Below, piece after piece: positions 23,268-36,627 of a DNA stretch of 64,000 nt. Under the pieces are notes generated by a model. The model had not been told where the DNA came from, ran no database searches, and saw only the letters and a program-made list of their open reading frames with translations. A program made the translations under genes and the position numbers. How positions within the stretch are numbered: position 1 is the stretch's first letter; each line of letters starts with the position of its first letter. The DNA is from Camelus ferus (taxonomy: Eukaryota). The stretch covers positions 68,512,001-68,576,000 of the forward strand of contig NC_045697.1 in assembly GCF_009834535.1 (NCBI RefSeq), in the 5' to 3' direction.

Positions 23268-26200
23268 AGCAGAGAACAGAAAGATGTGTACAAGTTCTCA
23301 ACAGAAAAGTAGAGACAATAGGATCCTCACTCTCTGCTGAGCACACTAAGGCTGAGAAGAATAAGCTTTCTGTGCTTTCACTTTGAAACTGGGTGGCTAC
23401 CACGTCCAGTGGAGCATCTAAGGATAGATAGATTTCACCGCCAAGGTTTAACTCAGAGATTAATGGACTAGGAGCTTTTGCCCTTGTCCCTCTCCTCTTT
23501 CTTTTCTCTGCTTTTTATAGGAAAGAATTATAAACAGCTTAAATTAGTCAAAACCCTCTTTGCTTTGGTTATTTTCTAACTACCTCTGCAGATAAAAAAA
23601 AGATCTACTCCTGATAGTTAAGGAATTTTAATTAGGACTTTGAAATCCAAACACAACAACAGCTCTGTGTGTGATTAAAAACTAAGGAGACCAGGGAGAA
23701 CCCAGGGTGTCCGCAGTGAGCCTGGGTATCTGAGATCGGAGAGTGATGGAAGACCTGGAGTGAGTCCACCCCTCCTTGTGGCAAGAGGAGGGGGGCCTTC
23801 AGTGGCTCCAGAGCCAGTGTCGGGTAGCGGGGAGCGTGCGGTGCCCACATGACCTTCCCGCTTCACAGGCTGATTTTGATACCACTACCATCAAACATTC
23901 TTTTAAATTATTTGTACTGAATATAGGTAATGCAAATCATAATCTGAAGGGATTTTTTTTCTATAAAAATATTAAAAATGTGTTTGTCTTTCTTTAATGG
24001 ACCATTGCCATCTTGCTCTCTGTATTTCTATCATAAATTCTGTGGTTGTAGCTTCTATTCACTTTTTTCTATTTTTTACTCACTTTTATGTATAGTTGAG
24101 AGGTTTTAAAGGCACTCTCATTTGCTGAATATAAAAACTGAAGTGTAACTGAAATCCTTAGAAGAGCAAACTATGTCTATCACGCACCATTACCTTCTAC
24201 ATTGTTTGTGATTACTGGGCTTGAACGTAACAAAAGGCTTCGTTAGAAACCAAGGGCAGGATCCCACCTTTTTGAAAGAATCTATTAAACAAAACAAAAC
24301 CCATGAGATTTAGGGGAAAAAACAAAGAAAGAAACATCTGACCCATTTTTAGCATGCTAAAATAAACCACCAGCACCATCCATCAGGAGATTTCAGACAA
24401 TGGCACTAGCACAAAGACTTCATCCAAATGGAAAGGTGATTTGAGTTGAACTGTTGGGATGCCTCAGCCTTTAATTAATTCATTAGTTTAATTAATTCAT
24501 CAGTTATGGCCCAGTTCAAACTTAAAAACTTTTCTTATATGCAAAATATACAAAAATACATGTGCATGTGTGCATGTATATATGTGTGTGTATATATATG
24601 TATCTACATGCTATAGAGTGGGGCAAACACAAACACACTCATACACAATTAAGCCACATTAAGGTGAGTCTAAAAACACATATACAGACTTTTTCACATG
24701 TTAGATAGGGCTGTTAGATTTTTAATGACAACAAAGAAACTATGATCAGTTATAAGATTTACAGTGGCCAAATGTTTATGAACCTATTTCAGTTAAAGCA
24801 TTACCTCTATTTTGAACAAATAAATAACTTTATAGAGCCCATGACAGATCAGAGTTGCGCTCTGATTGTATCATCCAGCATATCCAGCAAGTTTTTATGT
24901 ACTACCATTGAAATAGGAAAGTAGTGACTTAAAATTAACATAAGAATTACTAAAGATAACCGTGAATGTCCTAGCTGTCATCACAAATTCTAAAACTCTG
25001 ATGATTGCAGTCTTTACGTGAGTTCCTTTCAGAAAATAAGGTTTTGCAAAAAGAGAGTGTATAATACATGCATATAATTGTTTAACTTGTAATCTGGATT
25101 AAAAAATAGAAAGAATGACAGCAGGTTTTGTTCTTTTTGTTTGTTTGTTTTTACTAGTAAAACTGGTTGGTATTATTGGTTACATACTTCTACCTTCCTC
25201 AGCAGTTTCCTCTAAATGTTCAGTTTGCACTTATCCAATCAAATGAACACACAGCAGGAGTGACTTTATAAAAATGATCCTTTACCCAGTCCCTTATGTT
25301 ATCCTGGCCCATGTCAGTGTTTTGAAGGTATGATTTTAGGTGGCAAGAAATAAGTGAAAACACTGAAACTCCAAGCCAAAGCATTTTATTCATTCTATGT
25401 ATGAACTTACTCTTGTCATAACTACCCCCAGCATTTGGGGAAGAGGTGCAAATTAGGACTATAATCCCAAGAGTTGTGCTCTTAATATAGATATCCGTAG
25501 CTGCTACAACATCTGTTGTAGAAGCTGGTTAGAATCAGCACTACTTAGTTTTAAAGAAAGATCAAAATGGTCTTTACTGTCTTGCTTTGGTTCTGTATTA
25601 AAAGTGAGATATTTTATTCAGCAGTTTTCCATCTTGTTTTGACACAACAGGACTCATGATGGGTGATGGACAGGTGGATGATTGAGTTGTTTTTGAGATA
25701 AGAACTGCTTAGTGGAAGAGTTGTGGAGCAAAGCAGCCAATAAAACCATCTACAAAGAATAATGGACAGTGATGACAGAGCTATAAGCACAGCAGGAGAC
25801 AGTTTTATTTCCCTTTCCTGTCTGCACTTTCCTCTGCATTAGCAAGGATTGGGTCAACACCTGCAATATAATGCACTTTAAATCTCATGCAAGATCACCC
25901 TGCTCAAGAGAAAAAGGTTCTATCAGATTTGCCTTCAACTTTGTGGAGCCTTTGTGATTGTGTCACTACCTAACAAAACACATAGGTCTGGGCATCACAA
26001 GAAGAGATAAGCCAAACTATGACAAATTCTTAGCATCTGGTAATCCCAACCTATTTACATATAGAGATAAAAAGATCTAATCAAAATGAGAGAACCTTAC
26101 TTCTCCCTCAACAGCAAACAGAAAAAGTGCTGAGTGGACACATTTTTAATTTCTAAATCCTAATTTTAGTTTCATTTCCACATTCCCAAGTTATTGAAGA

Positions 26201-28244
26201 GAGAAGAGTAATGGGAGTACAGGAGAAACCCTGGCTTGAGCCTCAGCTGCTGGTGCTCTTAGGCAAAATTGGAAATTTGAAGAGAAGCCTAATTTTATGA
26301 GACTAAAAATTTCCTGGGAAATAACTCAGGCTGAGAGATACTAACAAAACCTCTTTCTTTGGAGGGCAAGAGCAAAGAAAGCCAGTCATTAAGATTGTCC
26401 CAATGGATATGTCGCTGAGTGGAGTATTTCATAAATTGAAACCAGAAATTCTGCTTTGCTAAGAACTCTACAAGACACAGACAAACCATCATGGGATGTA
26501 AGAGTTTCCTGGGCTGGTTTTACTTGTTACTTCTTCAAACAGGTTTAAAACATTTTTACATTCAGTGTCCAGTTAATGAGGGCAGTGAGAAATTGATTTG
26601 CTCTTTAATTATGTAAAAAACAAAAGGTTCACTTATTACTTCATTTCCATTGTCTGAATCAGACCTGGCATTCTAGAAGTAGTTTACAAACCATCTCCGT
26701 TTTCTTTTGTACTTGTTCTTTTTCGGCATTATTGTGATATTTCAAAACTTCTAGGAGGCACATTAAGCCATTTACAACTTAGATAATAAAAGAAAAAAAT
26801 TAGTGTCAGTAAACAGCACCATGCCATGTATTATTATTTTTAAGTTTTCAGTTAACTGTGATCACTGGATTTCAACTAAGAAAGGTACTCGACCTTGTGA
26901 AAAGAATCAACTGAAACAGATCTGTGTTAGCAAGGAGTTGCTGCTGTTGCTGTATTGTGATGCCATTTGGATCACTTTTATCAAATTCCAGTCGATGGTT
27001 CAGTACATTTCACAGGGAGTAAATATCATAAGATACCGGTAATGTTTCATTTCTCTTACATGCAGGTAGCAGAGTTACACCCTGGCTGGCCTACTCCTTT
27101 CTCAGACTCTTCTCCAAGACAGAGTAGTACCATCTGAAGACCCTCTATGTTAGAGCAACCTTTTAAGATGAGACCAGTTAATCCCCAACTTTGCCTTAGA
27201 GCCCTACACAGGGTTAGGGGCTATGCTGTTCCCATTTCCCATGTTTACATGAGTTTCTTCCTCTAGCCTCTCTGTCCTTCCTTCAGTTCCAGTTCCTCCT
27301 CTCCATGGAAAAAGGACTGACTGATTTGATTGGTGAGATGAGGAGGATTTGGTGCCCATTGTTCCACTGGTCTGTGTTCCTCCTTTGGTTAGCAGCCCAT
27401 GCCCTGGGCCTCACTCAGTGTCCCTGCTCTCAGAGCCCTGTGGGTATGAGACTCTGGTTGTCCCTTGCCACTTATCTGTGTAAACATCCTGCATACCCTG
27501 TATTTCTAAAAGAAGTTTTCCGAGATCTCAACTCAGGCAACAGCTATTAGGAAGTCTGTGCACAGTCCAAAGCTCCAGGGTATTGTCCCCAGAGAAGATA
27601 ATGGACCTGACAGGTTCCCAGGACCTCACACAGGGAGACTATGGCAGAAGAAAAAGGAAAAAGAAAAAAGAAACTGTGGATGACATTTGGCAGTTGATTG
27701 AAAATGTTTATGAGCATGTGAAAGACATTCCTTGGAAGCTCACAGAAAGACTCAGAGGAGAAAATTCAGGAGGAGGCGTGGTGAGCTTGTGAACTGTGGG
27801 TTCAAGCCATTCAAGCCATTATTATATTTGGGATTTCAGACTAGTGAAACCTGGGGAAATTTAGGTTACCTGTACGTACATCAAATAAGTTGTTAAAAGC
27901 AACATATTTGTTTAAAGTACTTTGTTTTGGATTATATAATTTAACTGTAAGAATATGTCTGTGGTAGACAAGATAACCATAACTTCTCTGTTTCACATGT
28001 ACGAAACTGAGGCATGGAAGGCTATGAAGTTGCCCTATGTTACATAGCTGGCAAGGAGTGGAGAGGAATTTTAAAATATGTATGTTCTCTCATTTATAGA
28101 AAGATTCAATAATGCATTCTGTAGAATTTATCAAGCCTACAAATTCTCCATCAGAGAAGTATTTGTACAAAATTTTACACGAATACAGAGTTACTTAAAT
28201 GTAACTGGCTTCAAAAAGAGAGAAATAGTTTAGGGCTTAGTAAT

Positions 28245-28767
28245 TGTGATGGACAGACTTTAAGATGGTTCCCAGTGATCCCTGCCTCCTGGTAATCACA
28301 CCTTTGTGTAGTCATCTCCCTTTGAGTGTGGATGGCACCTGCAACCTGGCTCTAGTAAACAGGATACAGCAATGATGTTGGGTGTCACTTCTGTTATTAT
28401 ATTACACAGGGTTGTAGTTTCCATCTTCTAGCAGACTCCCATTATTGGCTCTGTCTCTTGCTGGCTTTGATGAAACAAACTGCCATGTGAAAAGTCCTAC
28501 ATGGCAAGAAACTGAGGAAGACCACCAGTCAACAGCCAGCAAGGAATTGAATCCTGCCAACAACCATGTGAGCCTTGAAGTGGATCCTTCCTCAGTCCAG
28601 CCTCAGATGAAACCCCATCCCTGATGGACACCTTGACTGCAGCCTTGTGATACGCTAAAGCAGAGGCCTCAGCAAAGCCATGCCACAGAAACGATTAGGA
28701 AATAAATGTGTTGGTTTAAGCTGCTAAGTTTATGATAAAGTATTATGCAGTAATAGTAATTAAAATA
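28245..28767 (+). mobile_element. MaLR solo LTR (MLT1E/F-like)
   Basis: TGTGATGGACAGACTTTAAGATGGTTCCCAGTGATCCCTGCCTCCTGG...CCTGCCAACAACCATGTGAGC...AATAAATGTGTTGGTTTAAGCTGCTAAGTTT. 5-bp flanks GTAAT/ATAAT. Confidence 0.9.
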
Positions 28768-30817
28768 ATAATTTATCTATTTTCTTTTCAATAAAACAAG
28801 AATCCTCCTGTAGGTTAAAGCTATAAGCTGGCCTAATAACTATGTTTGCTGTTATCCCCCTGTTTCATATGCTACCCTAACTTTCACCAGGTAATAGAAT
28901 GAGTACTTGTGCCTGGTGATCTTGTACAGCAGACATAGTTGTCTTATTGTGTTAATCTCTTACCTCCCTGGCAGAATTTAATGCTCAGCTGTCTACTACC
29001 AGGCACTGCAAGGCCAAAATCATTTATAATAGATTGTTTAAGAATATTTCTGTATTAACAGGTCCTTGTGGCATAAACATTAATTGAAAGCATAACTCAA
29101 TCTCAAGGTACCTTATGGAACATTTATCGTGAATAGCTTTACCAAAGCCTGGAAACAAGTGATCAGAATTCTCCTCTGATGATGTATGCAGCCCAGGACT
29201 GTTGTGACAGATGAGGGAAAGAAGGGAAAGAAGAAAAAGATATCAATCTCCTTATATTATTCCCAGGCAACTTTTCATTTGGGGCATCTATTTTATTAAA
29301 TGTCTTTTATTCCTCTTCTTTTCGTGCAAGAAGTGGAAATGAGAAAGAAATTGGTTTAATCATTTTCTGAGAAATCAGCTAAATTCTAATGTTGTTTGAT
29401 CACATGCAGTTGCAAAAATGTCAAGTGCATTTCCATTTAGAGTGCTTGCTTAAACAGCCGTGCAAAATGGGGAACACCCGAAAATCAGCATATATCATAA
29501 GAGAGTTTTGATTTTTTTCCAGGACACACTTGCATTAATCCACTCTGTTACTCTTGAAAATAATGCATTTTTCCAGCACATCATTCCTTAAATGAGGGTG
29601 ATCCATCACCGCTGGAGATTCACCAGTGAGGCACATTAATAAAAGCAGACAGCTTCAGTTGTGTTTTCTTTGGTAAGGTTTGCTCCTCATGAGTACATTT
29701 GGCTGCTTATGCCAAAAATCCAACCCAGATGTTTCTACCACTTCTATTTTCCTTTCTAGGACATTTCCCTTGATAATAGTCTATCACAATTCAGTCTACT
29801 CTTTATTAAGGAGCTGTTCATCACAAAATATTCTGCGTGACGTAGTGAGATGGAATTTTTCTCCCCTCTTCTGAAAACTGAAGAATTAAAAGTGTGGTAC
29901 TAGACATCCTATTCTATGATTAACTCAGAACTATTATGTGATTAAAACACACATTCAAACATCCATTTGAATAATCACCAATGAGGCTCAGATGTGGAGT
30001 TTAAACAAATTTTACATTTTTATTGCATGGTTTTCAAATCTTAAATATTTCTGGATCATTTGCTTCTTGCAAATGGGTAATAATGTGCTATATGGGAGAA
30101 CTGAATATTTAAATTTCAGCATTTAATTAGATTAAGAATTAGCTAAGTGATGTTTTATTGAATGAGAAATTATATGGTATTTCTTGTCCTAATCAAAACC
30201 CATTTTTTTCATTCCAAAATATCTGTATAAGTACATCACATGTTCAGGCAGTACCACTGATTTTGCAGTTTAATCTTTAAGTCACACACTATATTTTAGA
30301 ATCTAGACATTCTGTAGGGTGGGGTGAATTCTCCAGCATAGCTACATCTTAACTTTAATGAAAAGATTTCATTTTCTCTGAATATTCATTCTGACAATTC
30401 CATACTTCAACTAAGTATAATGATTGAAATGAATGTCTATGCTTATAGTGTTGCATCAAATATCTACTCACCTCAATAATACTGAAAGTAAAAATGTCTT
30501 AATCTATAAATTAATAAATAATCAGCACTCAATTATATGTTTATGAAATCTAGAGAAATATAAAAATATACAATAAGATACATAGAATCTCCCTAGAACA
30601 TACCACCTTTTTTTTATGTTATTCTTAGTAAATAGAGTCAAAGGAATTCAATCAAGTAAAGACAATTGATGAAATATGTGTTGATTAATCATAGCAATAT
30701 ACTTCCATGGTAGATCTACGAGGCCATGCATTATTTGAAACATAATTTACAAAATATTCTCAGTAGAAATAGTGTTGAGTATCTAATTGCATGAAGTTGC
30801 CAAAAGATGGGGAGGAA

Positions 30818-31474
30818 TTTATTTTTTTCTTCCAGTTTTATTGAGATATAACTGACATACAGCAACTGTATAAACTTGAGGTGCACAGCATAATGGTTTG
30901 TGTGACAAACCAGCACACAAATCAGCATAAGCTGATTGTCACAGTAAGTTTAATGAACATCCATCATCCCATATAGTTAAAAATAAAAGAAAAAGAAAAA
31001 ATTTTTTCCTTGTGGTGAGAACTCTTAAAGTTTACCCTCTTAATTTTCATATACAACACAAAGCAGTGTTAATAATATTTATCATGTTGTATGTTACAGC
31101 CCTAGTACTTATTTGTCTTATAACTAGAAATTTGACCTTTTGATTGTCTTCATCCAGTTTCCCCTCCACCCACCCCTGCCCCAGGTAACCACAAATCTGA
31201 TCTCTTTTTCTATGAGTGTGTTTGCTTGTTTGTTTGTTTTTAAAGTATAATTGATGTACACCACTATGGTAGTTTCCAGTACACAACATAGTGATTTGAT
31301 ATTTCTATACATTATAAAATGATCATGATCAGTCTAGTTACTATCTGCCACCATACAAAGATATTACATTATTATTGACTATATTCCCCTCACTGTATGT
31401 TTCATCCCTGTGACTCATTTATTTTGCAACTGAAAGTTTGTTCCTCTTCCTCTCCCTCACCTATTTCATTCATC
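30818..31474 (-). mobile_element. Artiodactyl-type L1 3'UTR fragment
   Basis: Poly-T, then CCAGTTTTATTGAGATATAACTGACATACAGC...GGTAACCACAAATCTGATCTCTTTTTCTATGAG...GTACACAACATAGTGATT...GCAACTGAAAGTTTG. Confidence 0.85.
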
Positions 31475-31924
31475 AGGTTTTAAAAGAGAAGAATGTTACC
31501 ATAAGACCCAGATTTAAAATCAGGAAGAGTCATATGTCCTCATATAAAGAAAAGCTGGCCTAAAGAAAGAAAGAATACATTCCAACCAATTGAGGAAGTC
31601 CACACGAGAAAACCTACTAAATAAATGAGTTGGAATGTTCAAAGGCAAATGCTTAGTATGAAAAGGAACATGTTGTGAAACAAAGGAGGCCCCTGGGAAC
31701 AAATAAACTCGTGTACTTGGTTTTTCCCTACAATTTCCTGAGGTTGGATATGAATTTCATAATGTCTCAGAGCACCAAAGTTCAAATTAGTAATACTAAA
31801 TTTTTTATCAAGGTAGAAGTTACTACAATATACTGAATATAGTTCTCTGTGCATATAAACTTGTTTATCTCTTTTATATATAGTAATACTAGTTTTTAAT
31901 CACCACTAGAGTTATTCTCTAGAA

Positions 31925-34790
31925 GGTGACAAGCAAGTGTCACTCTATCCAAACAACTAGAACATCCTGGGTAAGCTACAAAATCAGGGTTTAAAAAATC
32001 AGAGAATTGAGTATGTAAAGGAACAAAAAATGAACTAAAATCCTGAAAGTTATGAGCACTTGTGCACCTGATTTCACTACTAACAAAGATAGAAGAAGAG
32101 AAATATTTCAGAAATTAAGTGCAAGACATGTAGAAATCTGAGCAACTTTTAATTAACTTTCCACAGCAGGACATAGATCAATATAATGGATGAGAATCAA
32201 AAGCATCTCAGCCGCACAGTGAGTCTGCACCCATTCACTCAATCTTTCCCCAAGAATTAATCCATGATGGGGTACACTGAAGCCTGGAGACAAAGCGGCA
32301 GAGTTGAGAGAGATACCACTCAAGGTACCTGGGCCTTTTCCAAAGGCAAAGCAGCTATCTGCTGAGAGCTGGGTCTAGGAGGGAGTAATGAGAGAAATTC
32401 AGAGGTTCTCTGGGCTTTTGTCAACTACATAGAAGCAGCATGCCAAAGGCTGAGGACGGGACAGGAGAACAGAGAGAAATCCCTCTGAGAAACTGGCCCT
32501 TCACCAAGTATACTGCAGTAGTACAGAAGCCTAAGTAGGCTGGGCTGCAGGACAGGGAGATTTCCCAAGGAGTAGGACCAGAGAGCAAAGGGAACTTCCA
32601 AATGGCCCAGAAAGCTGGAAGCTGGATGTTAATGAAAAAGAGATTAGCAGACTCTTTCCAGTGCTCAAGATCCCAAGTCTTTCTAAAGGGAAGCATTTTA
32701 AGTCAGATCTTCAAAGTATTTTAAGTCAGTGATGAACTGAATTTAACTAAAACTGCAAGAAAACTCCAATATAGATTAGGCTGAGTTAGCCCTCATCACA
32801 AATGGCTGACATAAGATGGCCATTTGTCTTTATGGAGATAAATATTATTTACTTTGGTCTTTTATGTACAAAGTCTGTCATATAAATAATAATAACAATG
32901 AAGACAAATAAGCTATATGACCTTTGACGAAGAGAGGAAATAATCAATGGAAACAGAACTAGAATTGGCCATGATGCTAGCATTATCTATCAGACAGCAA
33001 CTTTAAAATAACTGGAAAAAATATGCCTAGTGAAAAAGGCATGTACAGATGATGAATTTTAGCAGAGAGGTGGACATTATAAAAATGAAGAAAATGAAAT
33101 ATGCAATGTCAGAAATAATTTTTTCTATGGGATTAACAGAAGACCAGACACAACAAAAGAATCAATGAATTTGAAGACCTGTCAACAGAAATTATGTAAA
33201 GTGTAACCCAAAGAGGGGGAAAATGGCACAGAACACCTGAGGCCTGTGGAACAATATTAAATGGTAGGGCATTTTATGTGTAATTGAGGTCCCAGAAGAT
33301 GAGAAAATAGAAAGTGGGCCAGAAGAACTATTTGAAAAAACTATTGCTGAGTTTTTTTTTTTCCACAAATTGATAAACTATATCAACCCATAGATTGAGA
33401 AAGCTCAACAAACCTCAAGCAGTGTAAATGCAAAGAAAACCATAACTGGTTTCATCATTCACAAACTGATGAAAACTAAGTATAAAAGAAACAGCTAAAG
33501 AAAAAAGAATCATTACATGGAGATATATTGGTAGCTGACCTCTCAGAAACAATGAGAACCAAATACAATTGAATGACATCTTTAAGTGCTAGGGAAAAAA
33601 AAGAACCATCAAAATGGAATTCCATATCAAGTGAAAATACTCTTCAAAAATGAAGTCAAAAAAAGACATTTTCAGACAGACAGAAGCCAAGCAGATTTCA
33701 CTGCTAGCAAACCTGTACTGGATGGAATATTAATATCCTTCAGGAATCAACACCATAGGGAAGTCAGATATGAAGAAACCATTAAGGGCACTAGATAGTG
33801 TAAATATGGGTAAATATAAAATATCTTTTTACTTTAATTACATTCACACATAAAAATTTATCTTTAAATTTTTTTTAAAAATTGAAGTACAGTCAGTTAG
33901 AAAGTGTCAATCTCTGGTGTACAGCACAATGTCCCAGTCATGCATATACACACATATATTTGTTTTCATATTTTTATCCTTAAATGTTTTAAAAAGAATA
34001 TTGGCTTATTAAAGCAATATGTTTCTAGCATATATAGAAGTAAAATATATTACAATAAGAGCATGGAATTATACCATTGTACTTTTTAGCATTGTTAATG
34101 AAGTAGTATAAATGGGAACAAATATGAAGATTATAGACAAACTCAACCATAATATATTAAATTAAAATGAGTTTGATTATATGCTGTTCCAAGAAACACA
34201 GTTTAAATAGTAACAAAGATATTGAAAATAAAAGCATGAAAAGATCCACATGCAAACACTAAGCACAAGGAAGTTGTCATGGCTATATTAACAAAGTGGT
34301 GATTTTCACTAAAGATATTTCATAATGATAAAAGTGTACACTCATTAAGAAGAGCTAGCAAATTTAAATTTATAATTACATAAGAACAAAACTTTCAAAT
34401 ATCTGAAGCACAACTTAAACACTAAGGGAAGAAATAGACTAAATTCACATACAGTTGGATATTTTAAGACCCTTTCCTCAGGAGTTGAAAAGATAAGCAG
34501 ACAAAAATATCAGTAACATTATAGAAGACTTGAACAAGATTATCAACATAGTTGGCCTGATTGTTGTTTGTAGAGCACCATATCAACAGCTACAGATACA
34601 CACTTTTTCTGTGAGCACACATAGAATATTCATCAAGAAAAACAATAGGCTTGGGGCATAAAATGAATCTCAATAAATTTCAAAGGATCAAAATAATACA
34701 GACTAGTGTTTCTGACCATGATAATATTAACTAAAAATTAATAACAATGTATCTCAAAAAATCAGAAAATATTTGGAAATAACACTTTTC
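31925..34790 (+). mobile_element. Decayed ancient L1 (5' region, ORF1 and ORF2 endonuclease remnants)
   Basis: A-rich sense L1 motifs: GTGTAATTGAGGTCCCAGAAG, AAAGCTCAACAAACCTCAAGCAG, ATATGCTGTTCCAAGAAACACA, TCTCAATAAATTTCAAAGGATC, TTTCTGACCATGA. No intact ORF. Confidence 0.75.
33870..33972 (-). mobile_element. About 100-bp camelid-type L1 3' tip
   Basis: ATTGAAGTACAGTCAGTT...GTGTCAATCTCTGGTGTACAGCACAATGTCCCAGTCATGC. TSD TTTATCTTTAAAT (33857-33869) / TTTATCCTTAAAT (33973-33985). Confidence 0.85.
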
Positions 34791-35984
34791 AATGGCCCAT
34801 TGTCAAGATGCAGAACTAGATCAGACTGGCAAGCTTCAGATGCTATTAGGAAACAAGATTTTGGGTATATAGCTATATAGTTGAGTGGACCTTCCTTTAA
34901 AAGCACAAGGAAATGATTAGACCTTCTAATGTGAAACAGAAATGTTCTTATATGTTTCATGATCACTTACAGGTTAATTCATACTTTTTGGTGCCTTGAT
35001 TAACTATTTGTCTGAAATAATCTGGAATATTCTTTTATAATTACTTCCCATCTCCCCTATTTTAGTCTTCATCCTCAGTAAAACAATGTATAGCATTACC
35101 AGAACAGAATGGGCAGCAAGTGGTTAATTCATTTAGTTCCCCCAGAAGTCCACAATGCGATAGTTATCATTCTAAGAACAGAAAGTTTGTAAGGGTAGGT
35201 AGGCACCAGGAATGAATGTTATTAATGTAGTCAACTCATGATCACACTTGTAATTTAAATAATAGAATGTTGACATAGTTAAAAAATAAGTTCCCTAATA
35301 TTAAACATAATAAAACAAGACAAATGAATGTAAAGAATGACATATTATGCAAAAATGAAACATAAAAGCCATAATGATTATTCAGTAAGTGCAGCTGCAT
35401 GAAATTAATGTGCATAAAAATATTTTACTTTGATGTCTCTTTAGACTTGATGAAAATTGGTAAAGTATACAAAAATCAAAAGATTTTACATCTGACTGTA
35501 ATACCTGCATCTATAGAATGATATCTGATCACAAATATTTTCTGTTAAATTACTAGTAAGTATTGGGCCTATTTTGCATAAGTAATAAATTGTCTCCTTT
35601 ATTTGGAAGTTGTTTTTACTCTTCAGATTGTTTCTGTAATCAAAGTAACCTTGCTGTTCTATTTTATAAAAGCAATGCATGGATATTATTATATATATCA
35701 TATATAGAAACGTCTAAACTGAAGGATTGTATAAAGGAGAAAATGAAGTTGTTCCTTAAATCACCCATCACTGTTCAACAGTCAATAAATATTCATTCAG
35801 ACTTGTTTATGTACATAAACAGAAATTGGAAATATATATGTATATATGTATTAAATATTCATAAATGTTCATATAACTATAAATACATATATACACATAT
35901 TATCCTATAATCTGATTTATTCACATAATTATGCAATGTAGTTGTATTTCAAAATGTAATATAGGTAATCAAATCCAATGTTTA

Positions 35985-36160
35985 TAATTGCTATATGCCA
36001 GATATCTTTTTCAGCACTTGACATAAATTAATTCATTTTATCTTTGTTATAATCAGTGTGTTAGATACAATTATTATCCTCATTTACAGTTGAGAAAAAT
36101 GAAGTGCAAAGAGGCCAAGTAAATTGTCCAGGATAACATCACTAAGAAGTGGAATAACAA
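35985..36160 (-). mobile_element. MIR SINE
   Basis: ATTATTATCCTCATTTACAGTTGAGAAAAATGAAGTGCAAAGAGGCCAAGTAAATTGTCCAGG antisense core. Confidence 0.8.
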
Positions 36161-36422
36161 AGGGTCTTCATCCTCTTTAACAATTGCTTGGCAGCCCAAC
36201 ATATAAATACACCTTGGTTAATTTAATTAATCCCATATAGATGAACATGTAAGCTAATTCTACTCTTAAAATAGATGTTGCAATAAACATTCAGTACATA
36301 TAGCTTTGTATATTTGTCCAGTCATTTTCATAGGATAATTTTGTAGGATAAATATAGCGGGTGGGCTCTAGGAGATTAGAAAGAGAGAGAGATACACATA
36401 TATATGTACATATATGCACGTA

Positions 36423-36627
36423 CAGTTAGGCCTTGATCACATAGTGGGGCTCAGGGGCACTGACCTCATCCATGTATAACATTATACCAGGCCCTCCGTA
36501 TTCAAGGTTCCTCTGTATCTGTGGTTTAACATCTGTGGATAGTGTAGTACTGTAGTATTTATTGAAAAAAAATGCACATATATGTGGACCTGTGCAATTC
36601 AAACCTGTGTTGTTCAAAGGTCAGCTA
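36423..36627. mobile_element. TcMar-Tigger MITE (MER8/Tigger2-like)
   Basis: TA-flanked. Degenerate TIRs CAGTTAGGCCTTGATCAC...TGTTGTTCAAAGGTCAGCTA and internal GTGGACCTGTGCAATTCAAACCTGTG. Confidence 0.8.

Noticed and set aside
23026..23403. 125-aa minus-strand ORF
   Set aside because: Mostly within the ERV1 solo LTR (22761-23267); chance frame.
27583..27792. 69-aa ORF with an NLS-like RRKRKKKKE
   Set aside because: The basic run comes from a simple purine-rich tract; non-ATG start and no splice or homology support.
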